DNA of 64,000 nucleotides from the NCBI GenBank assembly GCA_040393065.1, contig JBEBUW010000012.1:932-64931 (forward strand), read 5' to 3'. The DNA comes from Lujinxingia vulgaris (GTDB taxonomy: Bacteria; Myxococcota_A; Bradymonadia; Bradymonadales; Bradymonadaceae). Below, in pieces: positions 8,676 to 16,269 of the stretch; position 1 is the first letter of the stretch; every line of letters begins with the position of its first letter. Under the pieces are notes generated by a model. It made no database searches and had not been told where the DNA came from. It saw nothing but the letters and a program-made list of their open reading frames with translations. Position numbers and translations under genes: made by a program.

Positions 8676-9203
8676 ATGCACCCGCTTTCCCGCATTTTCA
8701 TCCCCCTGGCCGCCCTCATCATCGTCAGCGCCTGTAACCCCTCCACCACACCCCCATCCACCTCCGCACCCACCCAGGATTCCCCCACCGAATACCGCTG
8801 GATGCCCGCCTCCGACGCCCAGAAATTCCTCGCCATCGAAGAACAACTCCAGGGCTTCTCACGCTCCATGCGCGAAATCCACTACCGCTACAACGAACTC
8901 TACTTCGCCGCTCAGGACCAAAACTGGCCCTACGCCGACTACCAGCTCGAACACCTCGTCGAAAGCCTCGAACAGGGCATGGCCCGCCGCCCGGAGCGCG
9001 CCACCCACTCCACCAACTTCATCAAAAACGACGTCCCACCCCTCCAGGAAGCCATCGATCAGAAAAACCCCGAACTCTTCGCCGAACGCTTCCAGGCCTT
9101 CACCACCGCCTGCAACACCTGCCACGCCATGGAAGACCACCCCTTCATCCACATCAACCCGCCCACCGTCCGCTTCTCCGCCGTCGGCCGTAGCTCCGAA
9201 TAA
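8676..9203 (+). CDS. lipoprotein, class II cytochrome c (cytochrome c')-like
   Basis: GGAG RBS. Lipobox IIVSA-C. Helical about 150-aa mature part with a single CxxCH (CNTCH) about 25 residues from the C terminus. Confidence 0.45.
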   Translation: MHPLSRIFIPLAALIIVSACNPSTTPPSTSAPTQDSPTEYRWMPASDAQKFLAIEEQLQGFSRSMREIHYRYNELYFAAQDQNWPYADYQLEHLVESLEQGMARRPERATHSTNFIKNDVPPLQEAIDQKNPELFAERFQAFTTACNTCHAMEDHPFIHINPPTVRFSAVGRSSE

Positions 9204-9215
9204 CTCCCCCAAAAC

Positions 9216-9253
9216 CCCAAAGCCCCGGCAACCTCTCCACAAGATTGCCGGGG
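9216..9253 (+). terminator. long hairpin (CCGGCAA..TTGCCGG family), possible terminator
   Basis: CCCCGGCAACCTCTC-CAC-AAGATTGCCGGGG directly after the stop of 8676..9203. No clear T tract on the + strand. Confidence 0.4.
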
Positions 9254-9401
9254 CCATTCAAGCCGCGCCGTCCCGAAATTCACGCCACACCCCCGAACCC
9301 CGCATCCCCCCCACTCCCTCAGACCAACTTTGTACTGGCCAGCCCCTCCCCTTTACAGTACTTTACAAGCCAGCACACAAACCAGAACCGGCGGAGGAAA
9401 A

Positions 9402-11237
9402 ATGACCACGTTCGACAGCACCAAATCATCCCTGAATGACCTGTTACGTGATATTCGCGAAGGCAAAATTCAACTACCCGATTTCCAGAGAGGCTGGGTC
9501 TGGGACGATGATCACATTCGTGACCTGCTCGTAAGCATCGCTCGATCCTTTCCAATTGGCGCCGTTATGCTTCTCGAAACCGGCGGCGATGTTCGCTTTC
9601 AAACACGCCCCGTCGAAGGCACAGAATCACTTATTGCCCCGAATCAAAAACCAGAAAAACTCATTCTGGACGGTCAACAGCGACTCACCACGTTGACCCA
9701 GGCGCTTTCCGCCGAAAAACCAGTAAAAACCCGCACCGCAAAAAAAGATAATATAAATCGCTACTATTACTTCGATATCGAAAAAGCCGTGGAGTCACCC
9801 TTCACGCTCGATGAAGCAATCATCGCGGTTGATGAGAAAAAACAGCTGAGAACAAATTTTGGCCGTGATGTTGAGCTTGACCTCTCCACACGCGAGCTCG
9901 AATGCAAACACATGTACTTTCCCTGCGGCCTCATCATGAATGCAGACGAATGGGAATCCACACTGTATCGTGTTAATCCAGACAAATTCGGCCTCTATAT
10001 GAAGTTTCGAGGTCAAATTCTGGATATTTTTCGCACCTATCAATTGCCCGTAATCCTACTCAAAAAAGAAACGACCAAAGAAGCCGTATGTCTGGTATTC
10101 GAAAAAGTGAATACCGGCGGCGTCTCCCTGTCCGTCTTTGAACTCATCACCGCAAGCTACGCAGCAGATGGCTACAACCTGCGCGATGACTGGTTCGGCT
10201 CTGACATACGCAATCTCGACTCACGCAAAAAGAGAATCGAAAGAAATCCTTTATTAAAAGGCATCGCCGCCACCGACTTCCTTCAAGCCGTCAGCCTGCT
10301 TTATACCCATGAACTCCGCAAAGCCGACCTCGCTAACGGTAAAACAGGCAAACAAGTACGCCCGGTCAGCGCCAAGCGCTCAGATGTTTTGCAATTACCA
10401 CTCTCCGCCTGGCAAAACTGGGCAGACGACGTCGAAGCAGGCTTCAAACTCGCCGGCCAATTCTTACAAAAAGAGTTTTTCTACAACCGAGCAGAACTAC
10501 CCTACGGCACACAAATTGTCCCCCTTGCCGCTGTGCTCGCCCGCCTGAAAACACGCTGGCTCGAGCCACGCATCTACGACAAACTCGCCAGGTGGTTCTG
10601 GTGTGGAGTCTTGGGTGAACTCTACGGCGGCGCCGTAGAAACCCGCATCGCCAATGATTACGAAGAACTCCTGACCTGGTTTAACGACGATTCGTCAGAG
10701 CCCCGCAGCGTAAAAGACGCAAGCTTTCATCCCGATCGATTTAACTCACTACGCTCCCGAAACAGTGCCGCCTACAAAGGCATCAACGTACTCGTCTTAC
10801 GCGAAGGCGCAAAAGACTGGCTCTGGAACGCCAGCATCCAGGAACTGGACGCCGCAGAAATGGGACTCGACATCCACCACATCTTCCCCCGCGCCTGGTG
10901 CGAAAAACACGGCATCTCCAAAAACCGCTACAACAGTATTCTCAACAAAACGCCCATTTCCTACCGCGCCAACCGCAAAATCGGCGGCAAAGCCCCCTCG
11001 CACTACATCCCCGAACTCCAGAAAGAAAAACAAACACAGTTTTCCGACCACACCATGGACGAACTACTCGCCAGCCACGCACTCTCCCCCGAGCTGCTCC
11101 GAGCTGACGACTTCGACAACTTCATCATAGACCGCCGTCGCCAACTAACCCAACTCGTCGAACGCGCCATGGGCAAATCAATCTTACTCCCCGACGCAAC
11201 GCCCCCTGAATTTTCCTCGGCAAACGAACTCCAATAA
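9402..11237 (+). CDS. GmrSD-family DUF262/DUF1524 protein (putative type IV restriction / modified-DNA nuclease)
   Basis: GGAGG RBS before ATG 9402. N-terminal IQLPDFQRGWVWD and DGQQRLTT (DUF262 ParB-like NTPase). C-terminal DIHHIFP...NKTPISYRANRKIGGKAP (DUF1524 His-Me finger style). Confidence 0.75.
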   Translation: MTTFDSTKSSLNDLLRDIREGKIQLPDFQRGWVWDDDHIRDLLVSIARSFPIGAVMLLETGGDVRFQTRPVEGTESLIAPNQKPEKLILDGQQRLTTLTQALSAEKPVKTRTAKKDNINRYYYFDIEKAVESPFTLDEAIIAVDEKKQLRTNFGRDVELDLSTRELECKHMYFPCGLIMNADEWESTLYRVNPDKFGLYMKFRGQILDIFRTYQLPVILLKKETTKEAVCLVFEKVNTGGVSLSVFELITASYAADGYNLRDDWFGSDIRNLDSRKKRIERNPLLKGIAATDFLQAVSLLYTHELRKADLANGKTGKQVRPVSAKRSDVLQLPLSAWQNWADDVEAGFKLAGQFLQKEFFYNRAELPYGTQIVPLAAVLARLKTRWLEPRIYDKLARWFWCGVLGELYGGAVETRIANDYEELLTWFNDDSSEPRSVKDASFHPDRFNSLRSRNSAAYKGINVLVLREGAKDWLWNASIQELDAAEMGLDIHHIFPRAWCEKHGISKNRYNSILNKTPISYRANRKIGGKAPSHYIPELQKEKQTQFSDHTMDELLASHALSPELLRADDFDNFIIDRRRQLTQLVERAMGKSILLPDATPPEFSSANELQ

Positions 11238-11319
11238 ATCCCCGACTTGAAATCCCGCACCATTCTCAGGATAGTTACCGCCTCCCACAAAGACCCGAAA
11301 ACCAGCCAGGTAACTATCC

Positions 11320-12213
11320 ATGAACCCCCCATTTCGATTCACCGACGCCCCCGAAATCAACGACGTCTGGCAAACCAATCTTGATGTAGATGTCCTCATT
11401 CACACCCGCCCCCTCCTCATTGCCGAGCGCGACCGCTTTGCCCGAACCTACGGCTCCCTCTACGCCGCCAACGAACTCCAATTCGCCGTGTACCGTGGCT
11501 TAAAAGAATACGGCCACGCCCAACTTCCCCGCTTCCGAGACCAGCTCTACGATCACATGGACGCCTTCCACACCGAAGTCGGCGCCGAAGCACTTGTGCT
11601 CTACTCCCTTCTCAACGCCCCGAAAGACATGAGCGCAAAAATCGACGACCGTGCCCAAAAACACTTCTACCAGACCCTTCAAACCCCCGAACTCATCGCC
11701 CGGTTCGTCGACCAGATCCTGCTCAAACTCCACACCCTCGACCCCATCGAACGCTTCCACGAAATCTTCCGCCTCCGCGCCCAACACATCGCCCAACAAA
11801 TCCCCTTCGCCCCCAACGCCTCCCAACTCCTGGCCGACTACTTCCAGAACCATTCCCCCTTCCTGGCCCTTCGCTCCCTGGCCCCCGACGAATTACCCTC
11901 ACTCTCGTCCCCCCAGGAACAAATCCTCAACAAAGCCCTCCTCACCGACCTCATGCACGGCCTGATCCACCGCCTCGAAACCACCCCCGCCTTCCTCGAC
12001 TCCATCCTCGCCCAGTGGACCATCCCCCTACTCCACGAACGCTTCCACGAAATCGACCACGAAATCGCCTCCATCCAGATCAACGGCAAAACCATCGACC
12101 GCCACACCTTCGTCACCCGCGCCAAAGCCCCCGCCCACTGGCTCCAACTCGCCGAAACCCTCGGCCACCCCGTACCACCACCCACAACCGCCCAACCAAA
12201 CGCCGCTCCCTGA
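11320..12213 (+). CDS. hypothetical protein, paralog of 2705..3586
   Basis: See 2705..3586. Colinear similarity over about 290 aa. Confidence 0.8.
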   Translation: MNPPFRFTDAPEINDVWQTNLDVDVLIHTRPLLIAERDRFARTYGSLYAANELQFAVYRGLKEYGHAQLPRFRDQLYDHMDAFHTEVGAEALVLYSLLNAPKDMSAKIDDRAQKHFYQTLQTPELIARFVDQILLKLHTLDPIERFHEIFRLRAQHIAQQIPFAPNASQLLADYFQNHSPFLALRSLAPDELPSLSSPQEQILNKALLTDLMHGLIHRLETTPAFLDSILAQWTIPLLHERFHEIDHEIASIQINGKTIDRHTFVTRAKAPAHWLQLAETLGHPVPPPTTAQPNAAP

Positions 12214-12372
12214 CCTCCCCTGACCTACCCAGTTTCTCCTTGCCAGACCTCTCCAGACCGCCTACCGTACCTCCCATCTCAAACAAGCAGTATTTCGCAG
12301 CCACAAAAGGCGGCGAGGGGTCCAAAATTCGGTCTGGAAATCTCACATTTTCTACTTCGATAGGAGAAACGA

Positions 12373-13593
12373 ATGCGACAGCTACTGTTCTATCTGGGGT
12401 TCACCTTACTGAGCATCATGGTTGTGAGCTGCGGCGACGACAAATCATCAAACCTGCAAGCCGACAAAGCCCATCAAGTCACCAACTCAATCGACGAAGT
12501 CAACCAGTCCAGGCGTGACATTGTCACCTCCTATTGCACTTGTGCGACATCCGAACCCGGCAGCGCCCGACAACAATGCATCGACGAAAACCAGCCAGAC
12601 CCTCTCAGCCTCTCCGAATGCCAGACAACCGCAGTCTCCTGCGATCCAGATAGCTACATCGCCTACATGAATTGCAATCGAGACGCCTACAAAGCTCTCA
12701 ACAGCTGCATTCAATTTTGCCCCGATTCAGCTACAGAAAGCCGGTGCATCGATGCCTTTGACACCAAAACTGACAGCTGCAACGCACTCATTTCCACAGA
12801 GATCATAACCGCATTACAATCATGCGGTTCCGGTCAAACCCCGGCCTGCACAAACACATCCTCTCCCGCCCCCAACCCCGGCACCGATCCCACGCCGCAG
12901 GACGACTGCTCGGTGATCTGCAACAAGGTCGAATCCTGCTTCACAGGTCCTGGCGGCCCCCCTTCGACCGATTGCCACACACGTTGCAAGGCAAATCAAT
13001 ACAATAGCGTTACTCTTGCCGACCCGACCATCAGTTGCCTGAAATCCGCCGGCACCTGCCCGGACGTGAAAGGTTGCCTGGTACAGGATTCGATCTGCGA
13101 CGAGGTCTGCCAGTCCCTGCTTACATGCAACGCCTTTGACTCCACCGAAACCTGCAAAGCAACTTGCGGCGTCATGGCCAGCACCGGCCAGTGGACCAGT
13201 GAACAGATCGATTGCCTGAATGCGGCCAGCTCCAAAGACACCTGCCACGATATCGCAGAAATGTGTCTCTACGGACGCCGTGATTCAACGGATGCTGCTT
13301 GCGGAATCTACCCTCAGAGCCGTTGTTGGGGCATGAGCGGATGCAGTTGTGATATCGCCTGGCGCCCCTGCGATCCCCGTGTCGCCTGCATGGACTGCCA
13401 GCGCGCCTGTATGAAATTCACAGGCTGCGTCTACGGCGGTCAGGCCAACACCGCACACCGCGCCGAATGCATGGCTGGCTGCGAAGGCGCCTGGTCCCAA
13501 GAAACCATCCAATGCTTCGCCGACCTCCCATCCGGCAACATCATGGGCAATGATTGCGACTCCGCCCAGATGCAACTCTGCCTGGGTTATTAA
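12373..13593 (+). CDS. cysteine-rich secreted lipoprotein
   Basis: AGGAG RBS. Lipobox IMVVS-C. Roughly 40 Cys in recurring C-x3-C / C-x7-C spacing (e.g. DCSVICNKVESC, TCPDVKGCLVQDSICDEVCQSLLTC). Confidence 0.75.
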   Translation: MRQLLFYLGFTLLSIMVVSCGDDKSSNLQADKAHQVTNSIDEVNQSRRDIVTSYCTCATSEPGSARQQCIDENQPDPLSLSECQTTAVSCDPDSYIAYMNCNRDAYKALNSCIQFCPDSATESRCIDAFDTKTDSCNALISTEIITALQSCGSGQTPACTNTSSPAPNPGTDPTPQDDCSVICNKVESCFTGPGGPPSTDCHTRCKANQYNSVTLADPTISCLKSAGTCPDVKGCLVQDSICDEVCQSLLTCNAFDSTETCKATCGVMASTGQWTSEQIDCLNAASSKDTCHDIAEMCLYGRRDSTDAACGIYPQSRCWGMSGCSCDIAWRPCDPRVACMDCQRACMKFTGCVYGGQANTAHRAECMAGCEGAWSQETIQCFADLPSGNIMGNDCDSAQMQLCLGY

Positions 13594-13915
13594 TCCTTGT
13601 ATTTACCGGCGTGATCCGTCCCCAACCTCGTTATTTCGGACGGCTCACGCCCCCTCCTCCCTTCAAAAACCCTTCGCGCCATTCGCGCCTTCGCGCCTTC
13701 GCGTGCGCCTTTTGCCTTTGCCATACCTTTACCGCGCCTTTCACCTCTCCCCGCCCCTTGCCAGCATCAAAAAAATATGATTAGGCTACCCCCACATTTT
13801 CGAAATCACGCAGTTCGTTTCGAGCAGTAGATGTACAGAAGGCAAAACCATTGGGAGGTCTTGCCACACATAATGGACCGCCGATTAAGCCGTTCGGCAT
13901 GGATGGAGAATCATC

Positions 13916-14740
13916 ATGTCTCAGCCTGCTTTTATCCGTCGTTTCATCGTCAGCTACGTCTTGACCGCCGGCCGCCGCGTGGTCGTCATCGAGGACATGC
14001 TCCGGGTCGCCAAAAAACACGGCAATGCCGCCCTCGTCACCGAACTCGAACAGGCCGCCGAACTCGCCCGCGAAACCTTCCGACTGGTCCGCCTCTGGCA
14101 CACCGAGCGCGACAAGTCCAAGCGCAGCCGCCCCGACGCCGTCGCACTCGACAACCAGTTGGACCGCGCCATCACCCGCGTGCGTGACCACGCCGCCAAC
14201 TTCGCCGATATGCCCGGCGACGATCCCGACGCCGTCATGGCCCGCAAGTTCCTGGCCGCTTTCTACCCACACGGCGTCCGCGCCATCACCCACCAACCCT
14301 ACGAAGAACAGCTCGTCACCGTCGAAGAAATGCTCACCGCCTGGGCCAAACCCGATTGGCAAGACACAATCCGTGAGCTCGGACTCGCCAAATTCATCCA
14401 ACTCATCACCACCCTCACCGCCGACTACCGCGAAGCCGTCACCGGCTTCGTCCGCCGCGACGTCACCTGGGACGAAGTCCGCACCGCCGAAGACGACGGC
14501 CAAACCCTCCTCGCCAGCCTCGTCGCCCGCGTCCTCGGCCTCTACCCCACCGACTCACCCGACGACCTCAAATTCCGCACCGAATACCTCGAAATGTTCG
14601 ACGAACAAAACAACCTGACCGCCGAATACCGCAGCCGCCGCAAAGGCAAAGAAGCCCCCGACGTCGACCCCGACACCGGCACCGAATTCGAAGACTCCGA
14701 CTCCGAAACCGAAACCACCACCGAGCTCTCCGAAGCCTGA
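13916..14740 (+). CDS. hypothetical helical protein with acidic C-terminal tail
   Basis: GGATGGAG RBS. C/A-ending codon usage consistent with a real + strand gene. No motif recognised. Tail DPDTGTEFEDSDSETETTTELSEA. Confidence 0.65.
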   Translation: MSQPAFIRRFIVSYVLTAGRRVVVIEDMLRVAKKHGNAALVTELEQAAELARETFRLVRLWHTERDKSKRSRPDAVALDNQLDRAITRVRDHAANFADMPGDDPDAVMARKFLAAFYPHGVRAITHQPYEEQLVTVEEMLTAWAKPDWQDTIRELGLAKFIQLITTLTADYREAVTGFVRRDVTWDEVRTAEDDGQTLLASLVARVLGLYPTDSPDDLKFRTEYLEMFDEQNNLTAEYRSRRKGKEAPDVDPDTGTEFEDSDSETETTTELSEA

Positions 14741-14799
14741 TCCCCTACCAACGATCACTGCACACTTGTGATCCATCGACCCCCCTCCATCCCATCCTC

Positions 14800-15011
14800 C
14801 ATCGCTCGCCGCGCCTCTGAGTCGCGCTGCGAGCGACCCACCATCGCCTCACTGCGCCATAAAGTCTCACCACAAGCGACCCACCATCGCTCGCAACGCC
14901 ACTCAGTCGCGCCGCAAGCGACTCACCATCGCCCAACTGCGCCATAAAGTCTCACCACCAGCGACCCATCATCGCTCACCACGCCACTCAGCCACGCGGC
15001 GAGCGACCTCC
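14800..15011. repeat. intergenic tandem repeat, 85-bp period (alternating 42/43-bp sub-units A-B-A-B-A)
   Basis: Units start at 14800, 14842, 14885, 14927 and 14970, each beginning CATCGC. A units carry an inverted repeat TCGCTCGC...GCGAGCGA. B units contain CTGCGCCATAAAGTCTCACCAC. Confidence 0.85.
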
Positions 15012-15156
15012 CATCGCGTGCACCACGCCTCATCCCTCCACCCTGGTCAGGAAACAGCACTTTACGCCCGTACATGCGCACGCAATACTCGACCGTCACG
15101 CTTGTTGAAGCCAAACAACGCGGTGCACCGACCTCTCTATAGAACAGGACTTCTTC

Positions 15157-16107
15157 ATGAATCATGGAAGCGTCATCCAGATATTTCTTACCGACGGAAG
15201 CGTTACCGGCGTTCGACACGCAGAACTCAGCAACTGGACAGGCCAGGCCATTGCTTTCCCTCGCACTCGAATCAATGAAGTAAATAAGTATGTAGCCGAA
15301 AACTATAAGAATGGAAAAAAAACCGGCGTCTACTTCTTGTTCGGCTCGGCCGGAACCGATGTGGCATACATCGGGGAATCCGACGATACCTATCACCGGA
15401 TTGGCCAACACCTGCAAAAAGATTTCTGGAACGAAGCGGTCGTCTTCACAAGCAAAGATTACAACCTGACCAAAGCCCATGCCCTGTATTTAGAGGCACA
15501 GCTCATCATTCAGGCGAAACACAACAAACGTTACACACTGGAAAACTCACAATTCCCTCCGATCCCGTCGCTTGCCCCCGCAGATCGCGCCGTCATGCAT
15601 GAATTCCTTCAGAAAATGAGGATACTGCTCGGCGCCCTGGGATACCGTATATTAGAACCCATGGCTTCACACACTATCTCCGAGAACCTGGAGTCTTCGT
15701 CTAACAACAAATCTTCCATAACTACAAAACCTCAAGACTCCGGAGTTTTAACCTTTGGCGTATCCAACGCTCAAGCGCGCGGCCTCCAGACGGACGAAGG
15801 CTTCATCATCTTAAAAGGCTCCCAGATGGTTACATCGGATACGTCATCCATCCCCGCCAACGCCAAAAAAACCCGCGCCTTTCTAATAGAAACATCACAA
15901 GTCATCCCCTCAAACGATGCCTATCTATTCACCGAAGATTATATATGCACATCGCCTAGCACCGCCGCCGCCATCGTCTCAGGCTCCAGCCGAAACGGCC
16001 TCATTTCCTGGACCGACTCCACCGGGAAACAACTAAAAACGCTCTTGGAAGAACAGATGAAAACGCTCGAAACTACAGAAACCACCAACCCACTGGTTTC
16101 CACGTAA
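15157..16107 (+). CDS. GIY-YIG nuclease-family protein with C-terminal DUF4357 domain
   Basis: GVYFLFG...VAYIGESDD..HRIGQH (GIY-YIG). C-terminal FIILKGS...TSPSTAAAIVSGSSRNGLISW matches my memory of DUF4357. Lower GC than flanks. Sits directly upstream of hsdR. Confidence 0.75.
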   Translation: MNHGSVIQIFLTDGSVTGVRHAELSNWTGQAIAFPRTRINEVNKYVAENYKNGKKTGVYFLFGSAGTDVAYIGESDDTYHRIGQHLQKDFWNEAVVFTSKDYNLTKAHALYLEAQLIIQAKHNKRYTLENSQFPPIPSLAPADRAVMHEFLQKMRILLGALGYRILEPMASHTISENLESSSNNKSSITTKPQDSGVLTFGVSNAQARGLQTDEGFIILKGSQMVTSDTSSIPANAKKTRAFLIETSQVIPSNDAYLFTEDYICTSPSTAAAIVSGSSRNGLISWTDSTGKQLKTLLEEQMKTLETTETTNPLVST

Positions 16108-16269
16108 CCGTACCGCCTGGCTCTACGTCACCACGCCTCATTGTAAGCCTTCTCCGACCTCACCATACAATTCGCATATTTAGGACTGCTACCCTCTATC
16201 GAACCATGCTATGGTCCCGGCATCATGCCGTGGCTCGGCAAACCGAGACGTAAAATGGGAGTGGAGCCG

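Noticed and set aside
2563-9300. The idea that a genomic island is integrated at the tmRNA 3' end, a classic att site.
   Set aside because: No integrase, recombinase or phage gene follows ssrA. I could not spot a second copy of the ssrA 3' end (GGTTCGACTCCCGCCGCCTCCA) further downstream by eye. The genes after ssrA have host-like codon usage. An exact-repeat search would be decisive.
9330-9401. N-terminal extensions suggested by the ORF track for several genes: 9330 for the GmrSD-like gene, 16225 for hsdR, 19917 for rhuM, 30344, 40988, 47111, 52134 for cinA, 52101 for the kinase and 55603.
   Set aside because: In each case an internal ATG or GTG with a better RBS, a signal peptide or a conserved N terminus gives a more plausible start. 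The extensions overlap upstream genes or lack similarity to the family N terminus.
13671-13709. A (CTTCGCGC)n-like tract here, and a similar CGCGAAG-rich tract with a GGTAAGGAAAGG motif at 31168-31215. I considered these as inverted repeats bounding a 17.5-kb mobile region.
   Set aside because: The similarity is short, low-complexity and quasi-palindromic. The order of the sub-motifs is not that of a true inverted repeat. A proper alignment or genome-wide search would be needed before making any claim.
14745-15480. Minus-strand ORFs (66 and 185 aa) reading through the 85-bp repeat and into the GIY-YIG gene. They give repeated peptides SLAA(R/W)LSGV.SD.GSLVVRLYGAV.RW.
   Set aside because: The peptide repetition simply mirrors the DNA repeat. 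The larger ORF is antisense to a well-supported GIY-YIG/DUF4357 gene, and there is no RBS or start context.
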